A stretch of 64,000 nucleotides of DNA. Origin: Microthrixaceae bacterium. Lineage in GTDB: Bacteria > Actinomycetota > Acidimicrobiia > Acidimicrobiales > Microtrichaceae. A model generated the notes under the pieces. The model had not been told where the DNA came from and did not search any database. It saw nothing but the letters and a program-made list of their open reading frames with translations. The stretch covers positions 12,024-76,023 of the forward strand of contig JAMLGM010000003.1 in the NCBI GenBank assembly GCA_023957975.1, read 5' to 3'. Both the position numbers and the translations under genes were made by a program. This document shows positions 27,930 to 34,887 of this stretch, in pieces; the stretch's first letter is position 1, and the number at the start of each line of letters is the position of its first letter.

Positions 27930-28003
27930 ACTTGGCAATGACCAGAATATTGAGTAATCCGAATGGGCCTGCCACGGTCGCTAGGCTCCACCACTGCCGT
28001 GTC
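27921..28003 (+). repeat. About 83-bp 3' module, copy 2
   Basis: See copy 1. Here the KKSELGNDQNIE-encoding frame is out of frame with the upstream ORF. Confidence 0.75.
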
Positions 28004-28031
28004 TTCACTACTCTAGGAGAGCCGCAGTCCT

Positions 28032-28253
28032 ATGCCTAGCGGTCAAGTATCATTCGGTGTCGTGGTGGTGCTTGGAGTTATACTCGCCGTCGCTAGTGTG
28101 ATTTCTCACATACGAATGGTTCAGGCGGATTCTCCGGGCCGCCTGTTTCGCAGGATACTCGCGGGATTCGTTGACACAGGTGAGGGATTTGCAAACCTGG
28201 TGAGGATATTGATCGGATTAGGCCTGTTGGCGGGCTACGTGTTCAGCAGATAG
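28032..28253 (+). CDS. Small two-TM membrane protein (orphan-immunity candidate)
   Basis: 73 aa. TM segments VSFGVVVVLGVILAVASVISHI and LVRILIGLGLLAGYVF. AT-rich. Confidence 0.4.
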   Translation: MPSGQVSFGVVVVLGVILAVASVISHIRMVQADSPGRLFRRILAGFVDTGEGFANLVRILIGLGLLAGYVFSR

Positions 28254-28386
28254 CTAGATAGGACAGGTAGTCAGGCGACCAATCATATTAACGCGGTGGG
28301 CGTGCGCTGGAGGCAACCAGATCCAGATCGATATTAGTGGATATCGGGCGACTCCATTAATCAAATTCGGCATCGAAGGGCTGGGG

Positions 28387-29229
28387 TTAGTCGAAGACGA
28401 CCGTGCGGTTTGCGTAGGTCAGGATGCGGTGCTCGATGTGGAGTCGCACGGCATCGGCGAGTACTACGACCTCGAGGTCGCCACCCATGCGGATGAGTCG
28501 CTCCGGGTCGTCGCGGTGGCTCACCGGGGTGACGTCTTGGCGGATGATTGGGCCTTGGTCGAGTTCCGCCGTGGCGTAGTGGGCGGTCGCTCCGATGATC
28601 TTCACTCCGCGGTCGTACGCCTGGTGATAGGGCTTTGCCCCGATGAATGCGGGCAGGAACGAGTGGTGGATGTTGATGATGCGGCGCGGATATCGGTCGA
28701 TGATCTCGGGTGGCAGGATCTGCATGTAGCGGGCGAGCACCACGAGGTCGATGTCATGTTCCTCCAGCGCTTGGAGCACCGCGCGCTGTTGGGCCGACTT
28801 GGCGTCTGGGTCGACCGGGAGGTGGAGGAACGGGACCCCGAACTTCTCGGTGATCTCCCGGAAATCGGGGTGATTGGAGATCACCACCGGGATGTCGACG
28901 TTGAGGAGGCCGAGATGATGTCGCGATAACAGGTCGAGCAGGCAGTGACCTTCCTTCGACACCAAGAGCGCCACTCGTTGGCGGTCGGACTCCTCGGCGA
29001 GGGTCCACGACATGCCGAGGCGTTGCGCAAGAAGTGAGAACTCCGTACGGAACGCGTCGTGATCGGCGCCGGGTTCGAGCGTGAACTCGATGCGTTGTAG
29101 GAATAGATCGTGGCGTTGGTCGGCATGCTGGTCGGCGTGGACGATGTTGCCGCCGTGGTCCTGGATGAACCCGCTGGTCGCGGCCACGAGCCCCGGTCCG
29201 TCGGGGCAGGAGAGAAGAAGGATCGTCAT
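28387..29229 (-). CDS. purU: Formyltetrahydrofolate deformylase PurU
   Basis: N-terminal ACT-like LLLSCPDGPGLVAATSGFI, then the formyltransferase core IINIHHSFLPAFIGAKPYHQAYDRGVKIIGATAHY. Confidence 0.9.
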   Translation of the reverse strand: MTILLLSCPDGPGLVAATSGFIQDHGGNIVHADQHADQRHDLFLQRIEFTLEPGADHDAFRTEFSLLAQRLGMSWTLAEESDRQRVALLVSKEGHCLLDLLSRHHLGLLNVDIPVVISNHPDFREITEKFGVPFLHLPVDPDAKSAQQRAVLQALEEHDIDLVVLARYMQILPPEIIDRYPRRIINIHHSFLPAFIGAKPYHQAYDRGVKIIGATAHYATAELDQGPIIRQDVTPVSHRDDPERLIRMGGDLEVVVLADAVRLHIEHRILTYANRTVVFD

Positions 29230-29237
29230 CGATGAAA

Positions 29238-29651
29238 TCAGCCGTAGGTGAGGCGGTCGATCGACCAGTAGGCGCGGAGTGCCTCGACACGTCCGGCGTC
29301 GTCGATCCGGTAGGTGAACACCCCGTCGGTGTGCACGACTAGTCCATCGGCCATCGTCGTCGTAATTCGACCTACGTTGGCCACCTCGTTGCCGGCCTCC
29401 CAGGATTCCTTGATGGTGAAGCGCACCTGGTTCGGGCCGATCACCGTGTCGTAGAAGGCGGCGATCGCCTCCAAACCGCGGTGGCCGTTGCCATCGGGGT
29501 CGAGCGGGGAGGGGCCGATCGGGTCAGCGACCACGGCGTCGGGAGCGAACAGCGACAGCCAGGTCGCTCGGTCCCCGTTCTCGATGGCGGTCATCGAGGC
29601 GACCGACGCGTTGCGCGCCGGGTGGTCGGGAAGTTCGTCGGGGAACTGCAT
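29238..29651 (-). CDS. NTF2-fold protein (SnoaL / ketosteroid-isomerase-like)
   Basis: 137 aa. IENGDRATWLSLFAPDAVVADPIG...VFTYRIDDAGRVEALRAYW is typical of the NTF2-like superfamily. Confidence 0.65.
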   Translation of the reverse strand: MQFPDELPDHPARNASVASMTAIENGDRATWLSLFAPDAVVADPIGPSPLDPDGNGHRGLEAIAAFYDTVIGPNQVRFTIKESWEAGNEVANVGRITTTMADGLVVHTDGVFTYRIDDAGRVEALRAYWSIDRLTYG

Positions 29652-29738
29652 CGGGGGCTCCTTCGGTGAGAATGGGTGGAACAGGGTCAGTCTGTTGACG
29701 GTACCGAACTTCCGAGTCAGCGGGTCGCATCCGAGGTG

Positions 29739-29759
29739 TGACCGGAACGGTTCCGGTCA
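29739..29759. promoter_or_regulatory. Perfect 21-bp palindrome upstream of the helicase gene
   Basis: TGACCGGAAC-G-GTTCCGGTCA, 72 nt upstream of ATG 29831, in the divergent intergenic region. Confidence 0.3.
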
Positions 29760-29830
29760 TGTCGGTGGAGGCTGGCAGACTATTGGGTCCCCTTGCCCCG
29801 ACTCCCGTTCACGGACGCTCACCCACCCCC

Positions 29831-31471
29831 ATGGCGACATCGATCAGGCTTCGGCCCTGGCAAAAAGCTGCGCTCGAAAAGTTGCTCGCGAAGGACGCGG
29901 ACAACTTCCTCGCCGTCGCCACCCCTGGTGCCGGCAAGACGACCTTCGCGCTCACCGTCGCCGCGCAGTACCTGTCCTCGGGGCTTTGCCAGGGGTTGTT
30001 CGTGGTCGCCCCGACCCAGCATCTCAAGGTCCAGTGGGCCGAGGCGGCGCATCGCATCGGCTTACACCTCGACGACGACTGGGCCGCAGCGGACGGCGAA
30101 TTGCCTTCCGACATGCACGGAATCGTGACCACCTATCAGCAGGTGGCGACATCGGGCGCGGTGCTGCGCAAGTTGACCCCCGGCTCGTTCGTCATCCTCG
30201 ACGAGGTACACCACGCCGGCGACGACAAGTCGTGGGGCGAGAGCGTGCTGAATGCGTTCGGCCCGGCGCGCAAGCGACTGTCGTTGTCGGGGACTCCGTT
30301 TCGATCCGATAGTTCGGCCATCCCGTTCGTCGAGTACCACATGGACGAGGCGTTACCCGACTTCGAGTACGGGTATGGCGATGCGCTCAGCGACGGGCGC
30401 GTCGTGCGCCCGGTGTACTTTCCGGCCTACGGCGGGCACATGGAATGGGTCGCCCCCGATGGAAGCGAGATGTCGGCTGGCTTCGACGATGCGCTCGACC
30501 ACCAGAGATCCAACCAGCGACTTCGGGTGGCGCTGTCGCTTGAGGGGCAGTGGCTCACGAAGGTGTTGACCGAAGCCCACGTACAACTGCAGAACATCCG
30601 TCGTACTCATGTGGATGCCGCGGGTCTGGTCATCGCCATGGACCAGGACCATGCCAACGGCATCGCGCGACTCATGAAGTCGCGTTTCGGCATCACCCCG
30701 ACCATCGCGGTGTCCGACGACCCGACCGCCTCGGCGAAGATCGCCAGGTTCGCGGCGTCGAACGATCCGTGGATCATCGCGGTGCGCATGGTGTCCGAAG
30801 GGGTCGACATCCCAAGGTTGCGCGTCGGGGTGTATGCGACAAACACCACCACCGAGTTGTTCTTCCGACAGGTTGTCGGCCGTTTCGTCCGCTGGACGCG
30901 CGGGGTGAAGAACCAGCGAGCATTCCTGTTCCTCCCCGACGATCCACGCCTGCGCCGTTACGCCGCCGAGATCGCCGCGCAGCGGCGTCATTCACTCAAG
31001 AAGCGCCGCGGTGACGACGACACCGACGGCACCGAGTTCGACGACCTCGGTGACGCCGAGCGCGAGGAACAGGGAGGCGAGGAGCAGATGTCGCTGTTCG
31101 CCGTCATCTCGGCGGTCGCCGAGGAGGCGGAGCTCGCCCCGTCGGTGTTCAGTACAGATCACGGAGACGACTGGGACGACGACGCGGAGGTCGAGCTCGA
31201 CGAGTCGCTGGAGGTGCGCCTCGCGGTACCGCCACCGAGAGGTGCGAGGGGTGCAGCGCCGACGACGAAGACGCGCAAGCATCTGAAAAAGGACCTGCGA
31301 GACGCCAACGCCGAGTTGGTGCGCGAACTCGTGCGCTTTTCCAAGCTCGATCATCGGCAGGTGAACGCGGAACTCAACCGGCTCGCCGGCATTCGCAAGG
31401 TCACCGAGGCGACCGTGGAGCAACTCCAGACCCGCCTCGACCGTGGCGAACGGTGGCTCAAGAAGCTGTAA
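29831..31471 (+). CDS. Superfamily-2 DEAD/DEAH-box helicase (DEVH motif)
   Basis: Start at ATG 29831 (MATSIRLRPWQKAALEKL). Walker A ATPGAGKT, motif II ILDEVHHAG, SGTPFR, and an acidic/basic C-terminal tail. Confidence 0.8.
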   Translation: MATSIRLRPWQKAALEKLLAKDADNFLAVATPGAGKTTFALTVAAQYLSSGLCQGLFVVAPTQHLKVQWAEAAHRIGLHLDDDWAAADGELPSDMHGIVTTYQQVATSGAVLRKLTPGSFVILDEVHHAGDDKSWGESVLNAFGPARKRLSLSGTPFRSDSSAIPFVEYHMDEALPDFEYGYGDALSDGRVVRPVYFPAYGGHMEWVAPDGSEMSAGFDDALDHQRSNQRLRVALSLEGQWLTKVLTEAHVQLQNIRRTHVDAAGLVIAMDQDHANGIARLMKSRFGITPTIAVSDDPTASAKIARFAASNDPWIIAVRMVSEGVDIPRLRVGVYATNTTTELFFRQVVGRFVRWTRGVKNQRAFLFLPDDPRLRRYAAEIAAQRRHSLKKRRGDDDTDGTEFDDLGDAEREEQGGEEQMSLFAVISAVAEEAELAPSVFSTDHGDDWDDDAEVELDESLEVRLAVPPPRGARGAAPTTKTRKHLKKDLRDANAELVRELVRFSKLDHRQVNAELNRLAGIRKVTEATVEQLQTRLDRGERWLKKL

Positions 31472-31484
31472 CGGACCTCGGTGT

Positions 31485-31598
31485 TCAGCAGTACCAGAGC
31501 GAGTCGTCGTGGCGGTGGTGATCCCTCGCGATCGCGTAGCGGGCGATCAGCGTTGCGAGCAACGCGCTGAGTGTGGTGGTTCCGAGCTTTCTGGCCAT
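31485..31598 (-). CDS. Possible 37-aa small protein
   Basis: MARKLGTTTLSALLATLIARYAIARDHHRHDDSLWYC, preceded by AGGAGGGGAC on the minus strand. It is the tail of a long shadow ORF. No homology can be judged. Confidence 0.25.
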   Translation of the reverse strand: MARKLGTTTLSALLATLIARYAIARDHHRHDDSLWYC

Positions 31599-31746
31599 GT
31601 CCCCTCCTCGGTTCGGTCCCCTTGGGTTGGTGTAAAGGACGGGTCGCGCCGGCACAAGTGACGCTTCGATGTCAATTTGGCGACGAAACGGCTCGGTCCT
31701 GGCCGAAGCGGATCGAAACGTACCGGGATGGCGGGTCGGTTTGTGC

Positions 31747-31771
31747 CAGTGTTGGCAACTCGCCAACACTG
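31747..31771 (+). promoter_or_regulatory. 10-bp-stem hairpin or palindrome immediately before the ABC1-kinase start codon
   Basis: CAGTGTTGGC-aactc-GCCAACACTG ends 5 nt before ATG 31777. Confidence 0.3.
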
Positions 31772-31776
31772 CTCCC

Positions 31777-33276
31777 ATGACTGAACGTGTCGGTGAAGCG
31801 ACGGCCTCCGGCGGAGCGGGCCTACGGGTCTTTCCTCGATATCTCCCGCCGGCCAAGCGCGGCGCCATCGCCCGGCGCGCCGCACAGATCGGTTGGGTCG
31901 CGACGAAGCACTTCGGGCCGCTCGGTGTGCGCAGCGCGATGGGTCGTGCGCTCAAGCGCGAGGTCGCTCCGGATGCCTTCGCCCGTCCTCTGCGCAAGAC
32001 CTTCGAGGAGTTGGGAACGACGTTCATGAAGTTCGGCCAGCTCGTCGGATCGTCGCCCGGGGTGTTCGGCGAAGAGGTCGCGGCCGAGTTCCGATCCTGT
32101 CTCGACACCGGGCCGGTCGTGGCCTTCGACGAGGTGCGTCGCGTGATCGAGTCCGAACTCGGGATGCACCTCGACGAGGCGTTCGCGACCTTCGATCCCG
32201 ATCCGATCGGTCGTGCATCGATCGCGGTCGTTCACCGCGCCACGTTGCACGACGGCACCGACGTGGCCGTCAAAGTGCTGCGGCCGGGAATCGAAGAACG
32301 CGTCGCGGTCGACATGGATCTGTTCGAGCCGCTGTTGACCCTCGCGGCGCGCACGACGGGGGAGTACGCGGCGGGGCAGCTGGTGCAGATGTTCGACGGG
32401 TTCCGGCTGCAGCTCGGCGAGGAGCTCGACTTGCGCAACGAGGCCCGGGCGATTCGCCACATGCAGGGGCTGTTGGGGGTGGTCGACCTACCGCTTGTGA
32501 CCGTGCCCACGACCTATGAGAACTTCAGCGGTGCTCGGGTGTTGACCATGGAATTCTTCGACGGTGTTCCCGTCGATGACCTCGAACGCATCGCGGAGTA
32601 CGGGTTCGATCCGGCGCCGGTCGTTACCCAGACGGTCAAGGGGTTCCTCATGACCGCAGTACGGTGGGGGTTCTTCCACGGAGACGTCCACGCCGGGAAC
32701 CTCCTGTTGTTGCGCGACGGCCGTGTGGCGGTGATCGATTGGGGCATTTGTGGTCGCCTCGACGCCGACACGCACCATTTTTTCCGGCGCATCTGCGAGG
32801 CGGGCCTCGGCGACGACACGGCGTGGGCCGATATCGCAGCGCACACGATCAAGCAGTACGGAGCCCTGCTTGAAGAGGGTCTCGGCATGGGCCACGACGA
32901 CGTGACGGCGTTCATGAAGCTGACCCTCGAACCGCTGCTGCGGGCGCCATTCGGTGAGGTGTCGCTCGTGGCGATCCTGAATGCTCCACAGGCGAAGGTG
33001 GCAGAGGCGAAGGGGCTGGAGGTCGAGCGTCGGAGCGTGCGCTCTGTCCTCAAGCGTTTCCGGGAACAGCGCAAGTTGCGCCTGATGGCCGAGGCCGAGG
33101 GCATCATCGAGAGCGACTTCGAACGTGGCCTGTTCCTGTTGACCAAGGCGCTGATGTATTTCGAGCGCTACGGAAAGATGTACATGAACGACGTCAGCAT
33201 CTTCGGCGACGAGGAGTTCTTCCGCGCCGCGCTCGACGCCCCGGTTGAGACGCTGCGCGAGGTGAACGGTCGGTAG
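31777..33276 (+). CDS. ABC1/UbiB (AarF) family atypical kinase
   Basis: FMKFGQLVGSSPGVFGEEV, ASIAVVHRATLHDGTDVAVKVLRPGI, FFHGDVHAGNLLLLRDGRVAVIDWG. Start at the internal ATG 31777. Confidence 0.85.
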   Translation: MTERVGEATASGGAGLRVFPRYLPPAKRGAIARRAAQIGWVATKHFGPLGVRSAMGRALKREVAPDAFARPLRKTFEELGTTFMKFGQLVGSSPGVFGEEVAAEFRSCLDTGPVVAFDEVRRVIESELGMHLDEAFATFDPDPIGRASIAVVHRATLHDGTDVAVKVLRPGIEERVAVDMDLFEPLLTLAARTTGEYAAGQLVQMFDGFRLQLGEELDLRNEARAIRHMQGLLGVVDLPLVTVPTTYENFSGARVLTMEFFDGVPVDDLERIAEYGFDPAPVVTQTVKGFLMTAVRWGFFHGDVHAGNLLLLRDGRVAVIDWGICGRLDADTHHFFRRICEAGLGDDTAWADIAAHTIKQYGALLEEGLGMGHDDVTAFMKLTLEPLLRAPFGEVSLVAILNAPQAKVAEAKGLEVERRSVRSVLKRFREQRKLRLMAEAEGIIESDFERGLFLLTKALMYFERYGKMYMNDVSIFGDEEFFRAALDAPVETLREVNGR

Positions 33277-33300
33277 CTCAGGGACGGAATCCAGGCGACC

Positions 33301-33332
33301 CATTTAGAAAGTGACTTGTCACTTTCTAAATG
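33301..33332. promoter_or_regulatory. AT-rich 32-bp palindrome (likely TetR operator and promoter)
   Basis: CATTTAGAAAGTGAC-TT-GTCACTTTCTAAATG has perfect 15-bp arms. It overlaps the first candidate ATG (33330) of the TetR gene. Confidence 0.6.
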
Positions 33333-33953
33333 GGGGCGTACGGTGAGGCCATGGTCTCCGCCTCCACTGGAACTCGACGCACCCAGGCCGAACGTCGCGA
33401 GGCGACGCGCTCCGCGATCCTCAACGCCTCGCTCGAACAGCTCCTCGACGGAGGACTCTCGGGCTTCACCACAACCGAGGTCTGTCGGCGTGCCGGGGTC
33501 AGCCAGGGGGCGTTGTTCAAGCACTTCGACTCAAAGTCCGCGCTGCTCGCCGCAGTCATCGAACACCTCTTTGAGGCGCTGCGTGACGACTACGAGGTGG
33601 CGTTCGTCGAACTCGGCGACGCCGCCCAGCCGGCGCACGGCGTCGACCTGTTGTGGGCGCGCATGTTCGACCCCCGCCTTGGCGCCGGATTCGAGCTCTA
33701 CACCGCAGCGCGCAGCGATGCCGATCTGCGCGCCGCACTCGAGCCGGTCGTGTCGTCCCACTGCCAGCGGATCCACGAGCTCGCCGCCGGCCTACTCCCC
33801 GAGATCGACCCCCAGCGCCTCGCCCCGCTCGTCGACTTGGCGATCCTGTCGATCCAGGGGCTGGTGCTGAACCAGATGGCCGCTCCGGACCCCGGTCAGG
33901 TGGAGCGACTTCGCAACATGTTGGACGAGCTCGTCGAGTTCGTCGTTTCGTAA
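33330..33953 (+). CDS. TetR family transcriptional regulator
   Basis: HTH region RREATRSAILNASLEQLLDGGLSGFTTTEVCRRAGVSQGALFKHFDSK. ATG 33351 is an alternative start. Confidence 0.85.
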   Translation: MGAYGEAMVSASTGTRRTQAERREATRSAILNASLEQLLDGGLSGFTTTEVCRRAGVSQGALFKHFDSKSALLAAVIEHLFEALRDDYEVAFVELGDAAQPAHGVDLLWARMFDPRLGAGFELYTAARSDADLRAALEPVVSSHCQRIHELAAGLLPEIDPQRLAPLVDLAILSIQGLVLNQMAAPDPGQVERLRNMLDELVEFVVS

Positions 33954-33972
33954 CGGACCAGAGGGGGGAACC

Positions 33973-34887
33973 GTGTTGGAGGAACTGATGAACCCGGCGG
34001 TGCTGGCGATTCCGCTGTACTTCGCACTGATGTGGTGGGAGGTGCGTGCGTTGAAACGCCAGCGACGTGAGGGCCGCGACGTGTTGGGATACGACCGACG
34101 AGACGCCTCGGCGAGCATCCGCCTCGGGGTGGTGTCACTCGTGAGCGTCGGTGCGTTGAACGTGGTGTCGCTGCTGTTGTCGCAGTGGCTGTGGCAGTTC
34201 CGCCTCATCGACCTCGGCACGGGTGTTGCCGCGTGGGTTGTCGCCATGATCGGGTGGGACTTCGCCTACTACTGGCTGCATCGCTTTGAGCATCAGTCGC
34301 GACTGTTATGGGCGGCGCACGTCAATCATCACTCCAGCGAGTACTACAACCTGTCGACCGCGCTGCGTCAGGCGCTGCTGCCGGTTGCGGCGATCGTGTT
34401 CTTCCCGCCGCTCGCCCTCATCGGGGTTCGCCCGTGGATCATCGCGGTGTCGGGCGGGTTCAACCTCGTCTACCAGTACTGGATCCATACCGAGGCGATC
34501 GACAAGCTGCCGCGTTGGTTCGAGTTCGTGTTCAACACGCCGTCGCATCATCGAGTCCACCACGGCAGCCAACGCCAGTACCTCGACCGTAACCACGGCG
34601 GCATCCTCATCATCTGGGACCGCATGTTCGGTACCTTCCAAGCCGAGGGCGAACGGGTCCGTTACGGACTGACCAAGAACATCCACTCGTACTCGTTGTG
34701 GACGATCTTCAGCCACGAACTCGTTGCGATCTGGCACGACGTCGGTTCGACGCGGTCGTGGCGTGAGCGGTGGAACTACACCTTTGCCGGTCCGGGGTGG
34801 AAGCCACCGAGACTAGGGGGCGCTCAGTCGAGCGCGAACGCCTCGGCAATGCCGGCCGCTCCGAGCTCCCAGGTCGGTGGCCGGTAG
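33973..34887 (+). CDS. Fatty acid hydroxylase / sterol desaturase superfamily membrane protein
   Basis: Histidine boxes HRFEH, HVNHH and HHRVHH with several TM segments. Confidence 0.8.
   Translation: MLEELMNPAVLAIPLYFALMWWEVRALKRQRREGRDVLGYDRRDASASIRLGVVSLVSVGALNVVSLLLSQWLWQFRLIDLGTGVAAWVVAMIGWDFAYYWLHRFEHQSRLLWAAHVNHHSSEYYNLSTALRQALLPVAAIVFFPPLALIGVRPWIIAVSGGFNLVYQYWIHTEAIDKLPRWFEFVFNTPSHHRVHHGSQRQYLDRNHGGILIIWDRMFGTFQAEGERVRYGLTKNIHSYSLWTIFSHELVAIWHDVGSTRSWRERWNYTFAGPGWKPPRLGGAQSSANASAMPAAPSSQVGGR

Noticed and set aside
27288-28003. Repeated 3' modules as integron attC sites or other cassette recombination sites
   Set aside because: No integron integrase or attI is present. There is no clear imperfect-palindrome structure with a GTTRRRY-type core. 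Only two copies exist, and part of the module is coding.
29739-29759. The palindrome as an actinobacterial LexA (SOS) box or KstR operator
   Set aside because: GAAC and GTTC are separated by 1 nt here. As I recall, the mycobacterial SOS box has GAAC-N4-GTTC and the KstR motif has AAC-N2-GTT, so the spacing does not fit either.
31485-32108. 207-aa minus-strand ORF spanning the helicase/kinase gap and the 5' end of the ABC1 kinase gene
   Set aside because: Most of it is antisense to a clear ABC1/UbiB kinase and has shadow-like composition. Only its last 37 codons, which have their own strong SD, are kept as a low-confidence small-ORF candidate.
34824-34887. 64-nt overlap of the convergent hydroxylase and glycosyltransferase 3' ends as a regulatory antisense arrangement
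   Set aside because: The hydroxylase tail after GPGWKP is low-complexity and may simply be unconstrained read-through to the first stop. There is no independent evidence of function.
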